A DNA stretch of 64,000 bases from Vermamoeba vermiformis (lineage: Eukaryota). The stretch lies in the NCBI GenBank assembly GCA_045837725.1, contig JBEWZL010000076.1, forward strand, positions 310,001-374,000, read 5' to 3'. Below, piece after piece: positions 1-13,700 of the stretch. Each line of letters starts with the position of its first letter. Positions within the stretch are counted from its first letter, which is position 1. The position numbers and the translations under genes were made by a program. Under the pieces are notes generated by a model, which was not told the origin of the DNA, searched no databases, and saw only the letters and a list, made by a program, of their open reading frames with translations.

Positions 1-887
1 TTGGACCTCTTTGGGAGTGGGCTCTTTGTTGCCACGGAACACATGAGCACGGGTCATATGGGTGAAGGCGAGCTCGTATACTTGCACCTGACATTAAGAG
101 CTTTAGTTAATCATATTCAAGCCTAAGATAGCCGTGTACTTACGACGGTACCGTAGGCAATGAAACCGACAAACGCGTTTTGAGGCAACAATTCCAAGGT
201 TTGCACCAACGAGTCTTTCAAAGCTTGAAGCTCATCGGCACTAATGCACGTGTCTACCACGAACAAAAATACGGGTGGCAAGCTTCGTTGCTGTCTTGTC
301 AAAACGTATTCGATGGTTGTAACGTTGGGCAATAATTCTGCTGGGAGATTGCTCTCGGTCATGCCAGAGTAGTGCGGAGGGAATTGATTTCGTTGCCCAC
401 AGAATACGCACGTCCATAATTTAGCATTAATATCCACGGGGCTACATCCGAAATTGGTAAGTAAAAATATCTTTGCTCTTAGAAAATTAGCGTATTAATT
501 TTAGTAATTAAATTACATAGTGGTTGCGTGCTCAAAAAAAGCTTTGCACGGTTTAATATTAAAGTGGCGTAATAATTTTAAAAATAATTGAAAATTTTCT
601 TACGGTACCATTATCCATTTCATTAATTTATCGACGTAAAAAAATCATAATATGATCATATTAATTAAAATTGTCAATATTTACCAGTAAGGGTTTAAGC
701 AGATTTTGCACGTCTTGCATGTGACTGGATCATAACCAACGCGTGGAGCTGTTGTGCCACGTCTCAAAGGACTGTACATACAACCAATTGGAATGGTTGC
801 CTTGGTAGTTTCGGTTTTATTGCTGGGCCAGACGTTGAACGAGAAACGAGCTCCATCTCGCTCTTCAATCTGGTAAAAATAATCCAT
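1..887 (-). CDS. SEC23: Sec23 COPII coat subunit, paralogue A (5' part; continues beyond window start)
   Basis: Exons 887-685, 441-144 and 87-<1 with GT-AG introns give [21 protein letters not shown]...CKTCKICLNPYC...WTCVFCGQRNQFPPHY...PPVFLFVVDTC...VQVYELAF, the Sec23 zinc finger and trunk start. Confidence 0.96.
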
Positions 888-982
888 TTCGCCTTGACTG
901 ACACGAGTCGTGCTAGTGGTAGTGGTACTCGATCAGAGAAAAATAATTCAAATATGACCGACGTCGGTTTCAGCAACCTCCG

Positions 983-990
983 TGACGTCA
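983..990. promoter_or_regulatory. CRE-like palindrome TGACGTCA upstream of Sec23 A
   Basis: Perfect TGACGTCA about 96 nt upstream of the ATG at 887, next to the palindrome ACCGACGTCGGT (957-968). A similar TGACGTCG lies upstream of Sec23 B. Confidence 0.35.
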
Positions 991-1318
991 GATTCACCAG
1001 GGTCAATTTTCTTGACTAGTCAGCAAAATATTTATGGACCATTCAAATCTTTAGTGTAGCTTCGAACACTATGAAGAATCATCTTTAGTTTATTGACTAA
1101 ATGCAATAGGAAGCGAACGCCAAATCAACAAGCACCGCCAATTGCTTCACCGAATTTCTTTTACTTAAACTTTTGAATACAAAAACGTGCGTTATTGGTA
1201 GGAAACTCATTGTGCTGCAAAAGAATTTTGGATGTGTAGGTCAAAATTTAATTGGCTAATTATCTTTAATTGTTACTCCAGTATACTCGATTATTTTCGA
1301 TTAATACTTAATATTAAT

Positions 1319-3459
1319 TTAGAGAATGCTCAGTAAAGCCGGTGCAGTAGCCTTGGCGATATCTGCCGCAATTGGCACTGCAGTCTATTATTAAATATTA
1401 ATAATGATAATTAAGAATAGCGTTCTTAAAGCTATTTACCTTCAAGAAATCATTGAAGTTTCGAGGACGCACTTCGAGGCCTTTCTTGAGCCGGTAGAGA
1501 TGCACCTTGTAGAGGATCTCTGCGGTTGGGTGATCAGCGATCATATTAGCCACCGATCTAATACCCATTTCAAGCGTGTTTTGACGAAGGGAATCAGACT
1601 GTTGTAAGTTAATTAAATACGCTCTATAAATAGTAACCTAAACTTACATGTTTCAAAATTCCGTCAGTCACCAAGTTGGTTGCACCAATGTCAGTAACAT
1701 TGGAGAAAGTCGGAGATAAATTAGCCACGGCAAGAGCGGCCAAGCGGAACTTATCACGAAGCTGTTTGGGCGGCTCGTCTCTGGAAAAACCAGGCGGCAC
1801 TGGCGTATTGTTGAACGTATCGAGAGTCGCCTGGGCACCGAGGTTACATGCGCGGTCCGACAAATCACTGATAGCCTTGTCAGTCACGACTGTGGCCTCG
1901 GGATTGGGCGTCCCGTTCACAATGCGTGAGGCTAAAACGATCTTAGTCGGAATATCGAGCTCATGGAAGCCCTTGCAAGAAAGGACGACTTCGCTAGGCA
2001 GCGTGGATCCAAGGGCATTATTCGCATTGGCCGAGTTGATAACAGCGTTCAAGACAACTGGTGCTGCTTGGATAACGCCATTAGCCACAGTAGTGCCAAC
2101 GCTCTTCAAGAAATCAGTAAAACCACGGGCACCGACAGCGACAAGCTCTTCGTCGATTGGAATGCTATTGGTTTGCCATAAGTCGGCAATTTGATTGCCC
2201 GTCGCCTGGAACAGGTAAGATTAATATGCTTGAAAAAATAAATAATTACTAACCTCAACGGCAGCACGTGTCGAGTTGGCGATAGTATAGGCCACTCGAA
2301 GTTGCTGAGCGCGAGTCAAGTCGACCATTGCTTTGTTTCCGAGCGCGTTGTAGACAGCGAGCTGAGCTACAGTTTTGCCAGTAGCAGGCATTGAATCCTT
2401 AATACCTGTTGGTCGACGAGTAAGCAAGCTGATTCTTTACAGATAATTCTTAATACCTTTAACTACAGTAGCAGTTTGACGGTCGCTTTCAGAGTCCGTT
2501 GAAGGCCTCTTACGGAAAGTTGCCAAATAGTCCGCCAACCCTTGGGCCGCAGATTCAGCTGACCAACAAGTTAATTTTGGTGCCCGAAGTCAGCAACGAC
2601 ACTTACCAGCGGATGTGACGGCGTCCTTCAAAATGGTAAAGAGCGCGGTTGTCGTCGAGTCCGATACCGTTGCTTGCTGCTTGCTGAAGTTAAAGCTGGG
2701 ACTGACGGGCACAGTGCTCATAAAGTTAACCGCAATTTGGCCAGCCATGGAGCCGTTGGGACCTCCGGTGGTGATGCGATTGAAGATTCCCTTGGCCCAA
2801 GCGTCTATTTGAGGGTCATCGTTGCTTCCAGTGCCTGTGTAGTCGCCTAGATCGGTAGCATTCAGCTCGGATAGCAGCGCACTCATGGGCTGCATTCAAA
2901 AATTTAGAATGGTAATTTCACTTTGCACGTTACTTACACTTTCTGGAGTTCCACGTTCCCTGTTCAGCATCAGAAGTGTTTCTTGGATCAAGTAATCGCA
3001 GCTTGGAAGCATCTGGCGGAAGTTGAGCAACGTCAGCAGTTGCGCCGGAGTAAACTCGCGGTCGAGAAGAGCAATGTTCGCCGTCAGCGTGTTGTTATTT
3101 TCGTCCTTCCATTCGAGGGCCGTTAACTGCGCGATGGCTGCAGTCATGTCCACAGGAGAGCAACCGAAATTGGCTAGCAAGATGACGAATTGCGTGTGTT
3201 CCGTCGGATCTGCATCTCCAAGTTGGTTGCCAGGAGGCTTGACGATTCGAGCAATAAACGAGCCCAAGTGCTCCAACTTGCCAACAATAGCGACAGCGAT
3301 GTGGCCCAAAATAGTCACCAGAGTTACTTCGCTGAGCGAGATACTCCCGTTGAATGACCACGCGCTAGGGTTGAGAGGACTACCCGCCAGCGAGAAGGAA
3401 ATAGTCAGGCCGCGAGTGGCTAGAGGAGGAACTTCATTTTGGTTTGACGACATTCTCAT
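1319..3459 (-). CDS. Multi-exon hypothetical protein with two amphipathic R-x-F-x-DFLK helices
   Basis: Seven exons join in frame with canonical GT-AG introns, from M(RM)SSNQNEVPP to ...RNFNDFLKTAVPIAADIAKATAPALLSIL-stop (TAA 1319-1321). No family recognised. Confidence 0.8.
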
Positions 3460-4471
3460 GGAAAGCTGTTTTTTGCTGGTTTGTGGCAAAAAAAACTGCG
3501 TTCTGCCCTTATATCTCTTTCCTCTGATAGATGACGCTTCATACAACTGGCCAATAGGATTGCAGCATTCAGCTGGCACGTGGTCTGCCGCAATTAAAAA
3601 ATGGATCTAGACGTTCGTCAACCGCTGTCAGTTGCGCCGGAATTTCTATTCAATTGGTTAGACCGGCGGATGTCCACTTAATCCCACATTCACTCAGACC
3701 GAAGAAAGGATAGTGAGGAACCAACCCTTCAAAGCGGGTCGGCGATCCGACGCCTAATACCTCTGCGGGAGTTGCTTCAAACATGATTCGGTAATACCCA
3801 ACACGTGCAACCTACGCGGAAAAGCGCTGCTTTTTATTCGATCTTTCGTAAAACCCGCCTTATTAATATCTTGAGGCGGGCATTAATTCCGCCTTCCCAA
3901 ATTTAGCTCAATCTGTCACGCAAGTAGCACTTTCCAATTATAGCATTCAATGGGCCCATACCTGGTTTGACGAAGTAACAGCTGCATAGAGTTCAAAAAG
4001 GGAGTCCGTGCATGAAGCATCAAAGTTTACCTTTTTTCGTCCGGCCGTTTGACAAACGAGCTTTTGGGAACAGGCGCATTGCTATGTTATCTTCGAACCG
4101 AACAACACCAGGCCTGAACTATGATACATTGTATAAATTTATACTTCATGCTCATACATAAGCCACCAGCAAACCCAACCGTTTAAGCCATCGATAGAGT
4201 TGAATGCAGCTGAAACGATCATGCTTTACCTTTGCTCGATTTACCATCGACTTACATCCACAAGAACTGATAGTATACACGCGCTCACGGTCGGCTTTGC
4301 GGTCAGTGAACAAATCTGCTTTTTCAATAAGTTACCGTTACACGCCAGACTTAGTTTTAAAAATCATACTAGTCTCGTTAATTATAACTTGTTCTTACGA
4401 CAATTATGTTTGGTGTATTTTTAGTATTTTATTCGTCTATCAGAGAGGACTTTAGAAGCAAGTTGAATATT

Positions 4472-5632
4472 TCAGATTGCATCCAGGTCCGCATAAAACA
4501 TGTCCTTCTTTAAATGACACACAATACCACTCGGACAACTTATGCGAGTTGCACCAATATCCAACGAGTCAAATTTTGAATAGAGCAATGCTCGATCAGC
4601 TTCATCCACCGTTGGCACGCACTCTTCGACAACCATTTTCAGCTCATCTAGTAAAGTAGCATAGATGAAAATATCGTAAATCTTTTCTAACGCTAGTATA
4701 CTCTTATAATAAGCAATTGCGCTGTCCAACAAAAGCATCGTAAGAGCTCTAGGCATTTTCTCGGTGGCTTGCCCACGAGCGGATGTGATTGTCTGGAGGT
4801 ACGTAGCTCGATCTTGGAACATTGGTATATCTAATGGTAATATACTATCCAATAGGTACTTGCTCAAAAAGCGGCACATGCGGCCATTTCCGTCTACGTA
4901 AGGGTGGATGTCGACAAAATGAAACTGCGTGAATGCAGCTAGAGCAAACAGGGCAAGTATTTTATCGATAGGTCGTTGATCGTAGTCTATTTTATCGATC
5001 TCTCCACTAATAGCAGTTACTATTACAGTCAGTGTATTCAGCGCTTCTTTGATTACAGAATGGTGAGGAAACAGATGCGCATCTGAAATAGCTTTGCCAT
5101 TGACTACTGATGGCTTAGCCTCGACACCTGTCCTTCGAAACTTGCCAGCGCTATCAATTACTCCTTGGAATAAGCAATGGTGCCATTCGTGAAGCAGATC
5201 TGTGCGTATCTGGCGCGCAACTAATTTTGCGGATGTGGTGCGCGTGCTTTTAATCAGCTCGTAAGTCTGCGTCGTTTCTTTGATATCGAGAGTATCTCCG
5301 ACTATTTCCCCCGTAATTACGAGCTCAGTTTCGTCTACAGAGTTCATTCCTGCAAATTCTATTTTGTTCGTTGTGTAGATCCGTTCCGAAGTTGCTCTCA
5401 GCTCCAATTTACTCCTTATTTCGTTTTCTTTGTAGTATTCATTATAATGTTTAACTAAATCGTGCAGTTCGGCTGCACGCTGCTTTGCTTCAAGATCTTC
5501 GATTGCGAATCCCAAGTAGAAGAACAACGCACGATCAATGCCGTAGCCACGGTCATAGAACCGCTGAGACAAGGTAAGAATATTACTGGCCTTGGGACCG
5601 TTATCTAAATTAGCGAGGATTCGTTGTTCCAT
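4472..5632 (-). CDS. Fic-domain protein (probable AMPylase), intronless, 386 aa
   Basis: Fic motif HPYVDGNGRMCR. The upstream IYTTNKIEFAG resembles the class II autoinhibitory (S/T)xxxE(G/N) helix. First ATG (MEQRILAN) at 5632. Confidence 0.92.
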   Translation of the reverse strand: MEQRILANLDNGPKASNILTLSQRFYDRGYGIDRALFFYLGFAIEDLEAKQRAAELHDLVKHYNEYYKENEIRSKLELRATSERIYTTNKIEFAGMNSVDETELVITGEIVGDTLDIKETTQTYELIKSTRTTSAKLVARQIRTDLLHEWHHCLFQGVIDSAGKFRRTGVEAKPSVVNGKAISDAHLFPHHSVIKEALNTLTVIVTAISGEIDKIDYDQRPIDKILALFALAAFTQFHFVDIHPYVDGNGRMCRFLSKYLLDSILPLDIPMFQDRATYLQTITSARGQATEKMPRALTMLLLDSAIAYYKSILALEKIYDIFIYATLLDELKMVVEECVPTVDEADRALLYSKFDSLDIGATRISCPSGIVCHLKKDMFYADLDAI

Positions 5633-5663
5633 CGTTGTTTTCAATTGCAACAATAATTTATTT

Positions 5664-6667
5664 TTAAAAGAGCGCAATAGCACCGACCAAAGCTGAGGCA
5701 GATAAGGTCAGTTTAATGGCATCGCTCGTCTTTGCAACGGGGGTGCTCTTAGGAGTACTTGTCGGCGTAGCATCGATGGGCTGGCTTGTTGGTTCGTTCG
5801 AAGCAGGTTCGGATGTGATCGGAGCAGCTTGAGGAGGAATCACTTGGCAACCGTTAGCACCTATACCGTCACCAGTATAGCCATCGGGACACGTGCAAGT
5901 AAAACTTGTGCCAGCGTTGAGGCAAGTAGCCAAGGGATCGCACGGATTTAAACTGCAAGCTGTAAAACAAAGTTATTTTTGGCACCAGCCGTTAAATTAA
6001 ATTTAAATTACTTACAATCGCAGTATTCGGTAACTCCGTCGGTTTTGTAAGTGTTATCAGGGCACCAAAGCTCGTACAAAATATTATCAACGGCTGTCCA
6101 GGCATTAGCCCAAAGAATTTTATGGATCGGCCTGTTTCCAACGAATCCTCGCATTTGGTAATTATTTTCACCAGCATTAATAGGGCAGTTAGTAGAACAA
6201 TCGAACATGGTACCATCAATGGCGTAGATGAAGAACGAGCAAGTGGTGCTTGCAAAGCTGTTTGTGTAGGCCACAAAGCTTCGAAGAGGAGGGTCGAAGA
6301 TTAATGCACATTCTGTAGTAGACAGGACAGTGCTCATATAAAAATTGGGAACTTCTGCGGAGTTAGCCCATGGATCCGACCCCTTCCAATATTCATCATT
6401 TATGTAGCTAAAATAACTGCCGCTACCAAGTTGGCAACCAGAGCCAGAAAAGGTAATTAAAGTACCGTTGGCGGTTAGATTCAAAGACCCGTCCACCGAC
6501 GTGTCCCAGGTAAAACTTTCCACCCATTCTTGATCGTCGAACGTAATTTTGCTGGTGAAGGTATTGCCCATATCGGACACTAAAACAAGACCATTGCTGC
6601 CCGGGCAATCCAGGCAGAAAGTGCCCGCCACTAGAATTCCAACCAGAAGTAATATTTTGAAATGCAT
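5664..6667 (-). CDS. Secreted surface protein with EGF-like domain, Ser/Thr/Pro stalk and probable GPI signal
   Basis: Signal peptide MHFKILLLVGILVAGTFC; intron 6015-5960; EGF pattern CSLNPCDPLATCLNAGTSFTCTCPDGYTGDG...C; hydrophobic C-terminus. Confidence 0.85.
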
Positions 6668-7128
6668 ATTGATATAAACTCTTCGGTATTAAAGTCGTGT
6701 TGTGCTGCTCGTGGAGTAAAGAATAAAACAACGTCCAAAGATTAATTTAACGATTTTTTTTTTTGCTGTCTGAGGAACCTCAAAAAGGAAATTTAAGTAA
6801 TTTAATAATAACCTATTTCCTTGAGGAGCTTGATTTCTTGTACACCGGCAGAAAGTTGCGGTAAGAATGCTGATCAAGTAATTTGACTCCTGACTTCGCC
6901 TACTTCCAAAGTGTCCTCTAGAACGCATGATCGAAAAGATTTTTTTTGAATAATTACGAGGATCAGCAATTAAATGCTGCTTGTTCACACCGATCTTTCT
7001 AAGCAGGATCGAAGGCAAATCCACGTTCTCTAACCTCATTTATCCATTTAATATTGATAAGTGTGCTAAATGATGCATTTCTTGCTTCTTTATTAACAGT
7101 TGTGCTCGGTCAACGTAAGCAAAAACGA

Positions 7129-7136
7129 TGACGTCG
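7129..7136 (+). promoter_or_regulatory. CRE-like TGACGTCG upstream of Sec23 B
   Basis: About 115 nt upstream of the ATG at 7248; mirrors the motif upstream of Sec23 A. Confidence 0.3.
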
Positions 7137-7220
7137 AAAAATTAAAAAAAACCAACGTGTTGCAATTCATTTCTTATACTTATTTATTTAATATCCACAT
7201 CTGATTGTATATAGTGCTAA

Positions 7221-10459
<3,239 letters not shown>

Positions 10460-10752
10460 AACACGAAAGAAAAATGAAAGTTCCGTTCTGTTGTACCATT
10501 TAGAGATAAATCTGCACTACTTGCACGCAAAGAAATTGACCATTACATCACCTTGGCCTTGGTGTGCTTAACGTCCCAAATTTCGAACTCAAAGAGGAAA
10601 CGAGATTTATTGACGGTGCGAATTGTTCGCTTACTACAAGACCAGTTTTCCACTAATATGATTAGAAACAACCGCCCCAAAAAAGTTAGGTAATTCTAGT
10701 TAATTTTTTTTTATTTTGTTTAGCAATTTGCGCCCACCAGTATAATCAACAA

Positions 10753-13700
10753 ATGGAACATTATATTGATCTCGTTGATGATATTTGGCAAAGGATCTTT
10801 TTGAGTTTCGGATCTTACAGAGCCAGATTGACCCAGGTAAATTGCTTAGAGATAAGATTTAATTTTAATTTTTAAATAGCATATATTTCATCGTTTAAGT
10901 GTTGCACTAAAGGCTAAAAGTTGTGACAGATCCTTACCGCCAAATTTAAATTAATTTCCAATTATTTATTTAAAATTTACTAAGCCAAATTTAGGTATCT
11001 AAAAGGTGGAGAAATATTATATTAAACCCTAAGAACTGGAAAACACTCGATAGCGTCAGGATCGAAAGAGCGGTTTTTTCTGGACCCAACTCTGTAGGGC
11101 TACATCGCTCGCGCTCTTTACTTGATTTCGTCAAGCTGCGTCTTACGGCCTTAGTCGACGTCAACATAACACTCTTCATCGACGCGGATCTCGAAACTGT
11201 CTTGGACACGTTTCTGCAGATCAAGACCCTACGACGTTTCCGCTTGATTCATCATTTTGCTACAAAGAAAGAAAACGAAGGCGAAGAAGCCCCACCTAAG
11301 CCCATATCAGTGCCTCAGTGCAATGATTTAGTCTTACTCAACCTTGCAAGCTCCTCTGTCCTTTGTCGTGAAACCTTATCTTCGATTGTTGCGGTAAGTC
11401 TACTATTATTTAATTGCAAAATAATTCGATTAGAACAAATGAAATTTCTAATTTCATAGGGTACGCCTAATTTGGAGGAGCTGTATGTCGAGTACGCAGG
11501 TGATTTGGATATTTTTTATCCCTTGAAGAAGTTGCAGCGAATCTACGTCGATCAATATGCCAATATCGATGAATTGGTGAAGCACATGCCGCAGCTCAAG
11601 TTCGTTATTAAAGAGAGAAAACTGTCCGGCTTCTCGTTCCTTCCCAAGCCAGCGTGTGAATTACGAGAGATTGGCACCACGATCGTTGTTGAAGAAACGT
11701 ACATGGATTCAAACGATGCTCAGCTCGTTCGCAAAGTCAAAGATTTGATCACACCAGCACACGCTCTTCATTTGTGCAATATGGCCGATCACCCCTATTT
11801 GGATCCCGAATTTTTCACGTTTTTGGTCAAGGAGCTCAAGCTTGATATCAACTACGAGTAAGTGCTTAGCAATATGTCAATATGGTTAAACGCTTAATGT
11901 CTATGTGAAGACCAGGCCCTGTATCGGAGTACAGACCTACGCCCAGTTCCTCAGGTTGGCGCCTACACAACCCCTTATCATCTCTTATGTGGAACATCAA
12001 AAATCTTTTAGAAAGAGATTCGATGATTTCCAAAGAAGAATGTTTGCAAAGGGTCAAGCTATTTTTGGAGTTGGGAGCTGATCCGAACAAGTTAAATTTT
12101 ACCAACGATGAAATACCTTTAGTATGCGTGCCTAAGGAAGAATTCATCATGCTGCTTATACAATACGGCATTGACATTCACAAAATGACTCGCGATTCTA
12201 CGACCGATCAGGAGATACCAGCTTACTTCCACGTATTCGATGCACTCACGGAAGGTAGCTTGCTATTACACACACATATAACGCAAGTATATTGATTCTT
12301 TTTATTCTATAGACTCGCCTCGCCTGCTCGCGGAGATAATTAAACGAGTTGATATTAACAAAGTATTCGACGGTTGCACTTTGTTGCAAGTAAGCCCAGC
12401 TCTGATTCATTGTACTATATACTAAACTTATAATTAGAAAGCTGTTATTCACCAAAGGCACTCTGCGATCAAAATGTTGCACAAGGCTGGAGCACAGTGG
12501 ACGCGTGAGGCGATTGAAAGCTCGATCTTCTGGACCGGTGAAATGGTAATGACATATTGTTAGTGAGGTCCAATTGACTGATACGACTGACACGATTGAC
12601 GTAGTTTGACCACTATCTGGTTACAAAAGGGTTCGATGTCAAACTTTTGTCTCCAAGTGCAATCTTTAGAGCGCTTGAACGAGGGTTGCTTCCCGAACTG
12701 TAAGTACTAGTAATTGAAAGATATATTAGCGAAATAATGAGTTAATTCAAATGTAAGTTTAATGTCGATATATTAACAAACGATGTAGTACGGACGTCGT
12801 TGCTGCAATGCCCGATGAAAAAGACTTGTTGGGCTGGACACCCATGCATCACGCGGCGTTGGCTTATATGTTCAAAGAACCGTCACCAAAGATCAAATTT
12901 TCAAACGATAAGGATGGTGCAAATGACGTAAGTTTTCAACGATGGTTTGAGAACGAACAAAGCTTCTTTGGCAAGAAAAAGGAGGAGCCTGTAACGAGAT
13001 TTGTTGGTGAGTCAAACCCTTCATTCGATTTGCCCAAACAATTCGGAACTACATCCAGTTCAAGCGATCCATTTGGTACTACATCAAGCTCAGGCAATCC
13101 ATTTGGCACCACTACAGCCAGCACCCCATTTGGCGGGAACGGCACCGGTGGATTTGGTCCTGCAACGAGCGGTGGATTTGGTTTTAGCGGGAACAGCAAT
13201 AACGCAGGAGCATTTAATAGTACCACTACCGAACGAGGTTTTGGCAGCACTCCATTCGGAGCTACATCAACTTCAAGCAATACGTTTGGTACCACGACAA
13301 GTTCGAGGAGTCCATTTGGAGCTACACCAGTAACATTTAATAGAACTACCCCTACAGTCAGCAACTTTGGCGGGAACAGCACCGGTGGATTTGGTTTTGG
13401 GGGGAACAACAATAACGCAGCAACCGTTAATAGTACCAATACTGGCGGCTTATTCAACAATAGCAATAATGGGTTCGGAAGCAATAGTGGCGGATTAGTA
13501 CACAATTTTGACGCTGATGATGTGTCGTTTAGTTTTGGAAACAATAATGATGACGATGGTGCATTTAATAACAACACACGCGATGAACAACAACCGCAAC
13601 AAGAAGATGCCACGGAGAAAGAATCCGATGACGTTAAGGACCTTAAACGAGTTTGGATGTGCGATTTAAACGCTGTCTTGCCGCTCTTGAATCATTGCGA

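Noticed and set aside
1676-3610. Long plus-strand ORFs (1676-2194, 3023-3610) and similar antisense ORFs at 12936-13613, 31167-31604, 45940-46431 and 55707-56044
   Set aside because: Shadows of real genes on the opposite strand, caused by codon bias or low-complexity sequence.
3620-4400. Possible small spliced gene or ncRNA between the orphan and Fic genes, including hairpin CCCGCCTTA/TGAGGCGGG (3854-3880)
   Set aside because: Splice-like signals exist on the minus strand, but I could not build a stop-free model or recognise an RNA family.
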